From contig NZ_LN831039.1 in NCBI RefSeq assembly GCF_001457595.1, forward strand, positions 180,001 to 212,000: a DNA stretch of 32,000 nt. Reading direction: 5' to 3'. The notes under the pieces were generated by a model. That model ran no database searches and had not been told where the DNA came from. It saw nothing but the letters and a program-made list of their open reading frames with translations. Below are positions 19,634-28,261 of this stretch, one piece after another; within the stretch, counting starts at the first letter, position 1, and each line of letters starts with the position of its first letter. The DNA is from Mycolicibacterium smegmatis (GTDB lineage: Bacteria > Actinomycetota > Actinomycetes > Mycobacteriales > Mycobacteriaceae). The position numbers were made by a program, and so were the translations under genes.

Positions 19634-22449
19634 CACTGCTCTCAGAACCCGATTTCGGTACACCCGCTAAGCCGGGACCGGCGACGGTCACCGTCGAGGT
19701 CGACGGCATCCCGGTGTCCGTCCCGGAAGGCACATCGGTGATGCGCGCGGCCGCCGAGGCGGGCATCGACGTACCCAAGTTGTGCGCGACCGACCGGCTC
19801 GACGCGTTCGGCTCGTGCCGGCTGTGCCTGGTCGAGATCGACGGCCGCCGTGGCACACCCGCGTCGTGCACCACGCCCGTGGCCGAGGGCATGGTGGTGC
19901 ACACCCAGACCCCCAAGGTCGCCAAGCTCCGCGAGAGCGTCATGGAGCTCTACATCTCCGACCACCCGCTGGACTGCCTGACCTGCCCGGCCAACGGCGA
20001 CTGCGAACTGCAGGACATGGCAGGCGTGGTCGGGTTGCGGCAGGTGCGCTACGGCTACGAGGGCGCCAACCACTTCGACGCCGAACCCGACCACAGCAAC
20101 CCGTATTTCGACTTCGACCCGTCCAAGTGCATCGCGTGCTCGCGGTGCGTGCGGGCGTGCGGCGAGATCCAGGGGACCTTCGCGCTCACCATCGAGGGCC
20201 GGGGCTTCGAGTCGAAGGTCTCTCCCGGTGCCGGCGAGCTGTTCATGGACTCCGAATGCGTGTCGTGCGGCGCCTGTGTGCAGGCGTGCCCGACGGCGAC
20301 GCTGCAGGAACGCTCCGTGGTGGAGCTCGGCATCCCCACCCGGTCGGTCACCACCACATGTGCGTACTGCGGCGTCGGTTGCTCGTTCAAGGCCGAACTG
20401 CGCGGTGACGAGCTGGTACGCATGGTGCCGCAGAAGGCCGGCGGCGCCAACGAGGGTCACTCATGTGTCAAGGGCCGCTTCGCGTTCGGGTATGCGACAC
20501 ACCCGGACCGTGTGCTGCGCCCGATGGTCCGCGACAAGATCACCGACCCGTGGCGCGAGGTCGAGTGGGACGAGGCGATCAACACCGTCGCGCGCGGCAT
20601 GCAGGAGATCTCGCAACGCCACGGCGCCGGCGCGATCGGCGCGATCACATCATCGCGGTGCACCAACGAAGAGGTGTACGTCGTCCAGAAGATGGTCCGC
20701 GCCGCATTCGGCAACAACAACGTCGACACGTGTGCCCGCGTGTGCCACTCACCCACGGGCTACGGCCTCAAGCAGACCTTCGGTGAATCCGCGGGCACGC
20801 AGGACTTCCGGTCGGTCGCCGAGGCCGACGTGATCGTGGTGATCGGCGCCAACCCGACCGACGGGCACCCGGTGTTCGCGTCGCGCATGAAGCAGCGGAT
20901 CCGGGAGGGGGCGCGGCTGGTGGTCGTCGACCCCCGCCGCATCGACCTGGTGCGCTCGCCACACATCGAGGCCGACCATCACCTGCAGTTGCGGCCGGGC
21001 ACCAACGTCGCGGTGGTCAATGCCATGGCACACGTGGTGGTGACCGAGGGTCTCACCGACGCGTCGTTCGTGGCCGAGCGGTGTGAGGGCTTCGAGGAGT
21101 GGGCCGAGTTCATCGCACGCGAGGAGAACAGCCCTGAGGCGGTCGAGGCGATCACGGGTGTGCCCGCAGAGGAACTGCGCGCCGCGGCCCGGCTGTACGC
21201 GCTGGCCCCGAACGCCGCGATCTACTACGGCCTCGGGGTGACCGAGCACAGCCAGGGCTCCACCATGGTGATGGGCATGGCGAACCTGGCGATGGCGTGC
21301 GGCAACATCGGCCGCGACGGCGTCGGGGTGAACCCGCTGCGCGGCCAGAACAACGTCCAGGGTTCGTGCGACATGGGTTCGTTCCCGCACGAGCTGCCCG
21401 GCTACCGGCACGTGTCCGACGACGCGGTCCGCCAGGTGTTCGAGAACCTGTGGGGCACCGAGCTGTTGGCCGAGCCGGGGCTGCGCATCCCCAACATGTT
21501 CGACGCCGCGATCGAGGGCAGCTTCCGTGGTCTGTTCGTGCACGGCGAGGACATCGCCCAGTCCGACCCGAACGTCAAGCACGTCCTCGCGGCGCTGGAG
21601 TCGATGGAACTCGTGGTGGTGCAGGACCTGTTCCTCAACGAGACGTCGAAGTACGCGCATGTGTTCCTGCCCGGTGCGTCGTTCCTGGAGAAGGACGGCA
21701 CCTTCACCAACGCCGAGCGCCGCATCAACCGCGTGCGTGCGGTGATGAAGCCCAAGAGCGGTATGCACGAGTGGGACATCGTCTGCCGGATCGCGACGGC
21801 GATGGGTTATCCCATGCACTACGACCACCCCAGCCAGATCATGGACGAGATCGCCGCGCTCACACCCACGTTCACGGGTGTGTCGTTCGACAAGCTGGAC
21901 CAGCTGGGCAGCATCCAGTGGCCGTGTGACGAAGAGGCTCCCGAGGGCACGCCCATCATGCACGTCGACGCGTTCACCAGGGGACTCGGCAGGTTCGTGC
22001 CCACGCCGTTCGTGCCGACCGACGAGCGCAGCACCAGGCGGTTCCCGCTGATCCTCACCACGGGCCGAATCCTCAGTCAGTACAACGTCGGAGCGCAGAC
22101 CCGCCGTACGGCGAACATCGCCTGGCATGCCGAGGACGTGCTGGAGATCCATCCGCACGACGCCGAGGTGCGCGGGATCGCCGACGGTGATCTGGTCACC
22201 CTGGCCAGCCGTGTCGGGGAGACCACGCTGCACGCGCAGATCTCCGACCGGATGCCGACCGGCGTCGTCTACACCACGTTCCACTATCCCGTAACGGGGG
22301 CGAACGTCGTGACCACGGACAGCTCCGACTGGGCCACGAACTGCCCCGAGTACAAGGTGACCGCCGTGCAGGTCGCCCTCGCGCCTCCTTCGGCCCGCCA
22401 GGCCGAAGCCAGGGTCGATGAACTCCCCGAGACAGAACTGGTGAGGTGA
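19630..22449 (+). CDS. fdsA: NAD-dependent formate dehydrogenase alpha subunit (molybdopterin, Cys-type)
   Basis: The ATG at 19630 overlaps the fdsB stop (ATGA). There is an N-terminal 2Fe-2S and several 4Fe-4S motifs (CRLCLVEI, HPLDCLTCPANGDCELQ, CIACSRCVRAC, CVSCGACVQACP, CAYCGVGCSF). The active-site context CARVCHSP carries a TGC Cys codon at 20743-20745, not TGA. The ORF-track extension to 19360 is rejected. Confidence 0.93.
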   Translation: MTLLSEPDFGTPAKPGPATVTVEVDGIPVSVPEGTSVMRAAAEAGIDVPKLCATDRLDAFGSCRLCLVEIDGRRGTPASCTTPVAEGMVVHTQTPKVAKLRESVMELYISDHPLDCLTCPANGDCELQDMAGVVGLRQVRYGYEGANHFDAEPDHSNPYFDFDPSKCIACSRCVRACGEIQGTFALTIEGRGFESKVSPGAGELFMDSECVSCGACVQACPTATLQERSVVELGIPTRSVTTTCAYCGVGCSFKAELRGDELVRMVPQKAGGANEGHSCVKGRFAFGYATHPDRVLRPMVRDKITDPWREVEWDEAINTVARGMQEISQRHGAGAIGAITSSRCTNEEVYVVQKMVRAAFGNNNVDTCARVCHSPTGYGLKQTFGESAGTQDFRSVAEADVIVVIGANPTDGHPVFASRMKQRIREGARLVVVDPRRIDLVRSPHIEADHHLQLRPGTNVAVVNAMAHVVVTEGLTDASFVAERCEGFEEWAEFIAREENSPEAVEAITGVPAEELRAAARLYALAPNAAIYYGLGVTEHSQGSTMVMGMANLAMACGNIGRDGVGVNPLRGQNNVQGSCDMGSFPHELPGYRHVSDDAVRQVFENLWGTELLAEPGLRIPNMFDAAIEGSFRGLFVHGEDIAQSDPNVKHVLAALESMELVVVQDLFLNETSKYAHVFLPGASFLEKDGTFTNAERRINRVRAVMKPKSGMHEWDIVCRIATAMGYPMHYDHPSQIMDEIAALTPTFTGVSFDKLDQLGSIQWPCDEEAPEGTPIMHVDAFTRGLGRFVPTPFVPTDERSTRRFPLILTTGRILSQYNVGAQTRRTANIAWHAEDVLEIHPHDAEVRGIADGDLVTLASRVGETTLHAQISDRMPTGVVYTTFHYPVTGANVVTTDSSDWATNCPEYKVTAVQVALAPPSARQAEARVDELPETELVR

Positions 22450-22450
22450 C

Positions 22451-22675
22451 ATGCAGATTCACGAAGCCCCCACGACGGCGACCGAGATCAAGCTGATCAA
22501 CCAGATCGCCGCACACTTCGGTTACCTGCCCGAGGACAAGGCGGCCGCGGCCGTGGCCGACCACGTCCGGCGGTTCTGGGAGCCACGGATGCAGCGCAGG
22601 CTGTTCAGCCTGATCTACGCCGACGCCAGCGAGCTCACACCGGTGGCCATGGCTGCCGCATCGCAGTTACGCTGA
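22451..22675 (+). CDS. fdsD: Formate dehydrogenase delta subunit
   Basis: 74-aa ORF 1 nt after fdsA. Its sequence (LINQIAAHFGYLPEDKAAAAVADHVRRFWEPRM) resembles the FdsD family. Confidence 0.75.
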   Translation: MQIHEAPTTATEIKLINQIAAHFGYLPEDKAAAAVADHVRRFWEPRMQRRLFSLIYADASELTPVAMAAASQLR

Positions 22676-22686
22676 CCCGCAACGAC

Positions 22687-22721
22687 TTTGGCCTGGGCCC
22701 CGGAGAGGGGCCCAGGCCAAA
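22687..22721. terminator. Bidirectional intrinsic terminator between convergent fdsD and a hypothetical gene
   Basis: A perfect 15-bp stem: TTTGGCCTGGGCCCC, loop ggaga, GGGGCCCAGGCCAAA. It is followed by tcttttg on the + strand and preceded by an A-run for the - strand. Confidence 0.75.
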
Positions 22722-22737
22722 TCTTTTGTCCGGTGTG

Positions 22738-23049
22738 TCAGGCGTGGCGGCGTACGCCCGCGATGCCCTCGTGGTCGACGTCGCGCCAGAAGTCGATGCC
22801 GTAGTCGGAGTCCGGGATCTGGATCTTCTCGACCGCGGCGGCAGACGAGCGGACACCCGCTGGTGCCAGCTCGGCGAGGTCGATCTTGAGCCTTTCGATG
22901 CCGTTGCGGATGCGCTCGACGTCGTTGACCACGCGGTGTACGGCCGGGACGCGGCCATGGGTCACCTCAAGCGCACTCACGTGGTGCATGAGGTTGTCGA
23001 TCAGCCGGTGCAGGCTGTCTACTGCGGGGTTTCCGGCGAAGCTGGTCAT
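22738..23049 (-). CDS. Hypothetical protein (103 aa, predicted helical)
   Basis: Balanced amino-acid composition, unlike the overlapping Arg/Pro-rich frames. AAGGAG lies 5 nt upstream of the ATG. It sits 45 nt downstream of the MFS gene on the same strand. I recognise no family. Confidence 0.6.
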   Translation of the reverse strand: MTSFAGNPAVDSLHRLIDNLMHHVSALEVTHGRVPAVHRVVNDVERIRNGIERLKIDLAELAPAGVRSSAAAVEKIQIPDSDYGIDFWRDVDHEGIAGVRRHA

Positions 23050-23094
23050 GGCTCTCCTTGAAAGGGGTTGTCAGGGTTTACAGGTGGACGAAGA

Positions 23095-24438
23095 TCAGCG
23101 CGGCAGTGCGACGATCGGAAAACCGGGGAGGTGCAGCAGCCGCGTCATCGCGGCGGCACCGAGACTGAGCAGTCCCGCCACCACGAACGGGTTCATGAGG
23201 TGTGAGCTGATCAGCAGCGCGGGCACGCCGACGCCGATCAGGCCGCCGAACAGCTTGGCGCTGTAGACCAGGCTGAAATTGCGCACGGCGTTGGGCTCAC
23301 CGAAGTAGTCCGCGACCAGGCTCGCGATCAGCGGGTAGAACGCGCCTCCGGACAATCCGCTGAGCCCGGCGAAGACGACGAAGGCGACGGGTACTGCAGA
23401 AGACGCCGAGTAGACGAGGCCGAGTTGGGCGCAGCCCTGGATCAACAGCGCGGCGCTGAGCACCTGCCTGCGCCCCAGGCGGTCCGAGGCCCACCCGGCG
23501 ATGCTGCGGCCCGTGCCGTTGACCACCGCGAGCAGACCGACGGCCAGTGCCGCGACCGCGAGCGAAAAGCCCTGTGAGATCGCCATTATCGGCACGTAGA
23601 CGATGGCCAGCAGCGCGGCCGCCGCCGCGATGACCATGATCAGGTACATCACCACGAACGCGGGTGTGCGCGCGGCTTCTGCCGGTGAGAACTGCCGGAT
23701 CGCGGTTACGTTGTGGCGCAGGCTGCGGTTGAGCGTCTTGTCGAAGGCCCACTGCCGCGGGTCGACGTGGGCGGGCCACCAGCCCGCGGGCGGGTCCTTC
23801 AGCAGCGAGCCGACTTGGGCGACGACGACGAGGACGATGACCGCGACCGCCGTGAAAAGCGCTGTGCGCGTGGTCGATGTCAGGGTGAGCGCGAAAGCTG
23901 CGATGAACGGCACTGCACCGCAGCCGACCGCACCGGTGACCAGCCCGATCCTGGCCGCACGGTTCTCCGGGTACCACTTGGCGACGGTGGCCGTGCAGGT
24001 GGCGTAGACGATGCCCGCGCCGGTTCCGGACAGCACCGAGTAGCCCAGGATCGCCAGCGCGATGTTGTCGGTGTGGGCGACGGTCAGGGGGCCTGCCGCG
24101 CACAGGGCCGCGCCGATCGGGACCGCGCGGGAGGGGGACAGCGCGAACCGGTGGCTGAGCACCGCGGTCGGGGCGGCGGCCCCGGCCTGGAACACGACCC
24201 ACAGCGCGAGCACCCACAGCGCTGCGGTGAGGCTGCGGCCCTCGGTGACGTGCAGTGCGGTGAGCGCGACCCCGTAGCCGTACTGCAGTACACCGATGCC
24301 TGCCATGGCGATCCAGGAGAACGCCAGCATCCACGCTCTCGAGCAGCCGATGAGGTCCTGCGGATCTTCACCTACTCGGTACGTGCGACCTCGCAGGTCG
24401 CGTACCACGACCGGTGCCGCGGTGTCGTTGGCTGCCAT
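23095..24438 (-). CDS. MFS transporter, oxalate/formate antiporter (OFA)-like, paralog 1
   Basis: 12-TM-type hydrophobic profile. It shares with the other two paralogs the N-terminal motif YRVGEDPQDLIGCSRAWM and the KWYPE and FGEPN regions. The ATG at 24438 is preceded by AGGAG; the ORF-track start at 24471 has no SD. Confidence 0.85.
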   Translation of the reverse strand: MAANDTAAPVVVRDLRGRTYRVGEDPQDLIGCSRAWMLAFSWIAMAGIGVLQYGYGVALTALHVTEGRSLTAALWVLALWVVFQAGAAAPTAVLSHRFALSPSRAVPIGAALCAAGPLTVAHTDNIALAILGYSVLSGTGAGIVYATCTATVAKWYPENRAARIGLVTGAVGCGAVPFIAAFALTLTSTTRTALFTAVAVIVLVVVAQVGSLLKDPPAGWWPAHVDPRQWAFDKTLNRSLRHNVTAIRQFSPAEAARTPAFVVMYLIMVIAAAAALLAIVYVPIMAISQGFSLAVAALAVGLLAVVNGTGRSIAGWASDRLGRRQVLSAALLIQGCAQLGLVYSASSAVPVAFVVFAGLSGLSGGAFYPLIASLVADYFGEPNAVRNFSLVYSAKLFGGLIGVGVPALLISSHLMNPFVVAGLLSLGAAAMTRLLHLPGFPIVALPR

Positions 24439-24454
24439 AATCCTGCTCCTAATT

Positions 24455-24467
24455 GCATACCGTATGC
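24455..24467. promoter_or_regulatory. Palindrome GCATA-CCG-TATGC (site B)
   Basis: aaTTGCATACCGTATGCac lies 17-29 nt upstream of the MFS paralog-1 ATG, just 5' of its SD, in the divergent region shared with fdhD. The minus-strand reading contains a TACGGT -10-like hexamer. Confidence 0.5.
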
Positions 24468-24586
24468 ACAAGACTAAGTGACCTGGGTCACGTTGTCCAC
24501 AGGGGCAGCCAGATTCATGTGGTGTCCAGGTAACTCCAAGGACAGTTCGCTGAGCGGCGCGCTGACCATATCCGGAGTTACAGTGA

Positions 24587-24601
24587 ATACAACATACAAA
24601 A
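24587..24601 (+). promoter_or_regulatory. ATAC-N3-ATAC-AAAA box (copy 3 of 4)
   Basis: GAATACAACATACAAAAGGAG lies directly upstream of, and fused to, the fdhD SD. Confidence 0.35.
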
Positions 24602-24611
24602 GGAGTGTCAG

Positions 24612-25454
24612 ATGGGCCGCGTGACGAACAGGTACCGGGTTGTGCGACTCGCCGAGGGCGGCGCGGCCGAACGGCCGGACACCCTGGCCGCGGAGGAACC
24701 GCTCGAGATCCGCGTCGCCGGGCGCCCGTTGACGGTCACCATGCGCACGCCGGGGAACGATTTCGACCTCGCGCGGGGATTCCTGGTCAGTGAGGGCGTG
24801 GTCGCGCGGGCCGGCGACATCGCCGGGATCCGGTACTGCGCAGGGGCCACGCGCGACGGTTCCAACACCTACAACGTGCTCGACGTCGTGCTCGCCGAAG
24901 GTGTCACGGCGCCCGACGCGTCGCTGGAACGCAACTTCTACACGACGAGCTCGTGCGGCGTGTGCGGCAAGGCGAGCTTGGAGGCCGTGCGCACCGTCAG
25001 TTCGTGGACCGTAGGCGACGATCCGGTCGAGTTGTCCGCCGCCACCATCGTCACGATGCCCGACCAGCTCAGGGCCGCACAGCGGGTCTTCGACCGCACG
25101 GGTGGGTTGCACGCCGCGGCCCTGTTCGACGTCGACGGCGAACTGCTCTGCGTGCGTGAGGATGTCGGGCGGCACAACGCGGTCGACAAGGTGATCGGAT
25201 GGGCGCTGGACGGCGACCGGTTGCCACTGCGCGGCACGGTGCTGATGGTCAGCGGCCGCGCGTCGTTCGAGCTCGTCCAGAAGGCCGTGATGGCCGGGAT
25301 TCCGGCCATGGCCGCGGTGTCGGCGCCGTCGTCACTGGCGGTCGACCTGGCCAGGGAGATGGGTCTGACGCTTGTGGGTTTCCTGCGCGGCGCGACCATG
25401 AACATCTACGCCGGGGCCGAGCGGATCAGCGACGACCGCTTCGCGACGGTCTAA
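24612..25454 (+). CDS. fdhD: Formate dehydrogenase accessory sulfurtransferase FdhD (FdsC equivalent)
   Basis: FdhD family motifs: [61 protein letters not shown]. Confidence 0.9.
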   Translation: MGRVTNRYRVVRLAEGGAAERPDTLAAEEPLEIRVAGRPLTVTMRTPGNDFDLARGFLVSEGVVARAGDIAGIRYCAGATRDGSNTYNVLDVVLAEGVTAPDASLERNFYTTSSCGVCGKASLEAVRTVSSWTVGDDPVELSAATIVTMPDQLRAAQRVFDRTGGLHAAALFDVDGELLCVREDVGRHNAVDKVIGWALDGDRLPLRGTVLMVSGRASFELVQKAVMAGIPAMAAVSAPSSLAVDLAREMGLTLVGFLRGATMNIYAGAERISDDRFATV

Positions 25455-25455
25455 T

Positions 25456-25498
25456 CCGCCCGGGCCTGGATGTAAGGCCCGATGTCAGGCCTGGGCGG
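25456..25498 (+). terminator. Stem-loop between convergent fdhD and the GntR gene
   Basis: CCGCCCGGGCC (25456-25466) pairs with GGCCTGGGCGG (25488-25498), giving 11 bp with one G-U on the + strand RNA and a 21-nt loop. There is no U-tract. Confidence 0.3.
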
Positions 25499-26213
25499 CC
25501 TTGGCCATGCGCTCCTCGTGGTAGGTCTGCCGCGTGCGGTCGGTGTGCCGCCGCATGATGTCGGTCGCCTGTTCCACGTCATGGGCCGCGATCGCCTTGA
25601 TCAGTTCGGCGTGCTCGGACCACGCATCGTGTCCGCGCGGGCGTGCGATGGGCAGGTAGTACCAGCGCCACTTACGTTCGACGAGGCTGATGTGGTCGGC
25701 GAGCACCTGGTTCCCGGCCAGCTCGGTGATCGCGGCGTGCAGCGCCGCGTTGGCCTCCACCAGGCCCTCGGAATTGTTGGTGGTGAGTGCGTTGAGCCCG
25801 TCCTGCTGAAGCTCCCACAACCGGTTCACGTCCTCGGGTGTCGCGCGTTCGGCGGCCAGGGCGGCCGAGTAGGTCTCAAGGACCGTGCGGACCCCGAGCA
25901 GCTGGTCCACCTCCTCCTCGGAGGGGACGTGGACGAACGCGCCCTGGGCCGGGCGGAGTTCGATCCAGCCGTCGGTCTGCAGGCGCTGCAGCGCCTCGCG
26001 GACGGGCTGGCGGCTGACGCCCAGGTATTCGGCGAGCTCGGCCTCCACGAGGTGCTGGCCGCGCTGCAGGGTGCCCTGGATGATCATCTCGATGATCGCG
26101 TCGTATACGGCCTGGCGTAGGGGAGCGGGCCGTACGACGCGAGGTGCGGCGTCGCCCAGCATGTTTGACGGCGACGCCTTCTTGGGTTTGCCGGCGGGAT
26201 ACGGACGGGACAT
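25485..26213 (-). CDS. GntR family transcriptional regulator (FadR/FCD subfamily)
   Basis: Winged-helix region LRQAVYDAIIEMIIQGTLQRGQHLVEAELAEYLGVSRQPVREALQRLQTDGWIELRPAQGAFV, followed by an all-helical FCD-like C-terminal domain. The ATG at 26213 has AAGGAG 8 nt upstream. The 623-aa ORF-track extension is rejected. Confidence 0.85.
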   Translation of the reverse strand: MSRPYPAGKPKKASPSNMLGDAAPRVVRPAPLRQAVYDAIIEMIIQGTLQRGQHLVEAELAEYLGVSRQPVREALQRLQTDGWIELRPAQGAFVHVPSEEEVDQLLGVRTVLETYSAALAAERATPEDVNRLWELQQDGLNALTTNNSEGLVEANAALHAAITELAGNQVLADHISLVERKWRWYYLPIARPRGHDAWSEHAELIKAIAAHDVEQATDIMRRHTDRTRQTYHEERMAKAAQA

Positions 26214-26333
26214 GGCTGGCGGCTCCTTAGCCTCTGAGGTTGCTCCAAGCTTACCGGTTTTTGGTATGCAATGAACCGTGACCCTCTGAATGTCTGCGGC
26301 GCGTCGTCGCACTTGGTGGGGTACCTCGTACGC

Positions 26334-26383
26334 ACAGAAAACAACCCCGGGCGCGGCGGTCATGTGACTCACCGCGCCCGGGG
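26334..26383 (-). terminator. Rho-independent terminator after MFS paralog 2
   Basis: A perfect 12-bp stem: CCCCGGGCGCGG at 26345-26356 and CCGCGCCCGGGG at 26372-26383. On the minus-strand transcript it is followed by TTGTTTTCTGT. Confidence 0.7.
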
Positions 26384-26413
26384 CCGTTTCAACTGTGGTG
26401 TCGCGCCTGGCCT

Positions 26414-27817
26414 CTAGTCGGCCGCCAGCGACGCCTCCTTTGCCTGGCTGGAGTGCCGAGCCGGATCCTCGGCGGCCAGCCGCTCGGATTTCGGCAGCTT
26501 CGGCTGCTTCAGCAGCAGGGTGAGGAAGGCGCACGCGACGCCCACCGAACCGGCGATGATGAACGCCGCACCGTAACCCCAGGCGCTCACCACGACCGAA
26601 CCCATACCGGCACCCACCAGACCCGAGACCAGCTTGGAGCTGTACACCAGGCCGTAGTTGGTGGCGTTGTTGTTCTCGCCGAAGTAGTCGGCGGTCATCG
26701 CCGCGAACAGCGGGAAGATCGCGCCGCCACCGAAGCCCGAGACCATCGAGGCCAGCAGGAACAGCGGCATGTTGCCGATGGATCCCGAGAAGTACACCGC
26801 GTACTGCGCCAGGCCGAGCACCAGACACACCAGGATCAGCGTGTCGCGGCGGCCGAAGCGGTCGGAGATCCAGCCGATCACGCCGCGGCCGGTGCCGTTG
26901 ATGATGGCCTTGAGGCTCATCGCCAGGGCCACGATGCCGCCTGCGAAGCCCATCTCCTTGCCGAAGGGCACCTGCATGGCGATGCCGAAGATGTTGATGC
27001 CCGCCGTGCACAGCAGGACGAACCACATCAGGGGCAGGATGCCGGTCTTGATGGCCTCCATCGGCGTGAACTGCTTGACGGCCGGCGGGTTCTTGCGCAG
27101 GGCCCGTGCGATGCGCGGGTCGGACGCGGCGCCCAGCGGGTCGACATGCGGCGGCCACCAGTTCTTCGGCGGGTCCTTGAAGAAGAAGCCGCTCACGGCC
27201 ACCAGGCCGGCCAGGAAGACGCCTACCGCGAACAGGACTCCCTGGTAGTTGGCGAGATCCATGTACGACGTGAAGATGAAGATGAAGGGCACCGAGCCGT
27301 AGGCGAAGCCGCCGTTGACGAAGCCGGTCTTGCCGCCTTTGCGTTCGGGATACCACTTACCCACCATGTTCACGCAGGTGGCGTATACGAAGCCGGCCGC
27401 GCCGCCACCGAAGAAGCTGAATCCGAGGTAGGCGAAGAACACGTTCGGCGAGTAGGCCAGCGCCAGGTAACCCATCAGGGATCCCGCCGCACCGAGCATC
27501 ATGGCCGCGCGTGCCGACAGCTTGCCGCTCTCGCGGAGCTTGCCTGCCGGGAAGGCGACCGCGGCCTGGAAGAGGACCCAGGCGCCCAGCAGCCAGAAGA
27601 TGTGCGAGCCATGCCAGCCGTGTGCGTCGGCCAGCGTGTCCTCGGCGGAAGTGAAGGCGTACTCCGAGGAGCTGATCGCCATCATCGAGATCCACGGCAG
27701 CCAGACCATCCAGGCCCGGGAGCGTCCCAGGATGTCGCGATCGGTCTCGCCGATCCGGTACACCCGGCCGTTGTCGTCGACCACCTCGCGGTAGGTCGGC
27801 TGAGCTGAAGAGGTCAT
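26414..27817 (-). CDS. MFS transporter, oxalate/formate antiporter (OFA)-like, paralog 2
   Basis: 467 aa and polytopic. It contains YRIGETDRDILGRSRAWMVWLPW, GKWYPERKGGKTGFVNGGFAYGSVPFIFIF and DYFGENNNATNYGLVYSSKL. By eye it is highly similar to paralog 3. Confidence 0.88.
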   Translation of the reverse strand: MTSSAQPTYREVVDDNGRVYRIGETDRDILGRSRAWMVWLPWISMMAISSSEYAFTSAEDTLADAHGWHGSHIFWLLGAWVLFQAAVAFPAGKLRESGKLSARAAMMLGAAGSLMGYLALAYSPNVFFAYLGFSFFGGGAAGFVYATCVNMVGKWYPERKGGKTGFVNGGFAYGSVPFIFIFTSYMDLANYQGVLFAVGVFLAGLVAVSGFFFKDPPKNWWPPHVDPLGAASDPRIARALRKNPPAVKQFTPMEAIKTGILPLMWFVLLCTAGINIFGIAMQVPFGKEMGFAGGIVALAMSLKAIINGTGRGVIGWISDRFGRRDTLILVCLVLGLAQYAVYFSGSIGNMPLFLLASMVSGFGGGAIFPLFAAMTADYFGENNNATNYGLVYSSKLVSGLVGAGMGSVVVSAWGYGAAFIIAGSVGVACAFLTLLLKQPKLPKSERLAAEDPARHSSQAKEASLAAD

Positions 27818-27950
27818 GCGCGCCGAACCTCTCGATCAGGGGTCGGCCGGCAGGGGCCTGACCTGTGGATTCTGGATATTGCATACAGATTCATGTCGGG
27901 TAACCAATCGATCAGTGGGGCAACACGTGACGACGATCACATCGCAAGGT

Positions 27951-27964
27951 ATACGACATACAAA
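27951..27964 (+). promoter_or_regulatory. ATAC-N3-ATAC-AAA box (copy 4 of 4)
   Basis: ATACGACATACAAA inside the long MFS2/frc2 intergenic region. Confidence 0.3.
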
Positions 27965-28261
27965 TCTGTGCGCAAGGTCAAATCGCGCTGTGAATCCGCT
28001 GGAGGTTCCGGATCGTCGACTTGACGCGCGTCCAAAAGCCTGTGACCTCAGCAGATGCAAACCTTGAAAAATGCTGTGAATGAAGAATATTCGTCCTTGC
28101 GGAGGAAACCAAGAGGGTTGGATGGACGCAGAGGGTGTCGCTGTGGGCAACCTGTGAATGCGCTGGGCCGATGCGTCGGAGCGTCCCCGGAATTGGCCGT
28201 CACATAGATCTCTCCGAACTCTGGACAAGCCTGTGTTACGTGGGACACACTTTCGATGAAC

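Noticed and set aside
20731-20754. Selenocysteine (in-frame TGA plus SECIS) in the formate dehydrogenase alpha subunit.
   Set aside because: The active-site position is encoded by TGC (Cys) in the context CARVCHSP, and the frame has no internal TGA.
27978-28166. CRP/FNR-type sites suggested by the repeated TGTGA pentamer (27979, 28074, 28153).
   Set aside because: None has the matching TCACA half-site 6 nt downstream; the downstream pentamers read TGGAG, AATAT and TGGGC. I therefore report them only as an unexplained direct repeat.
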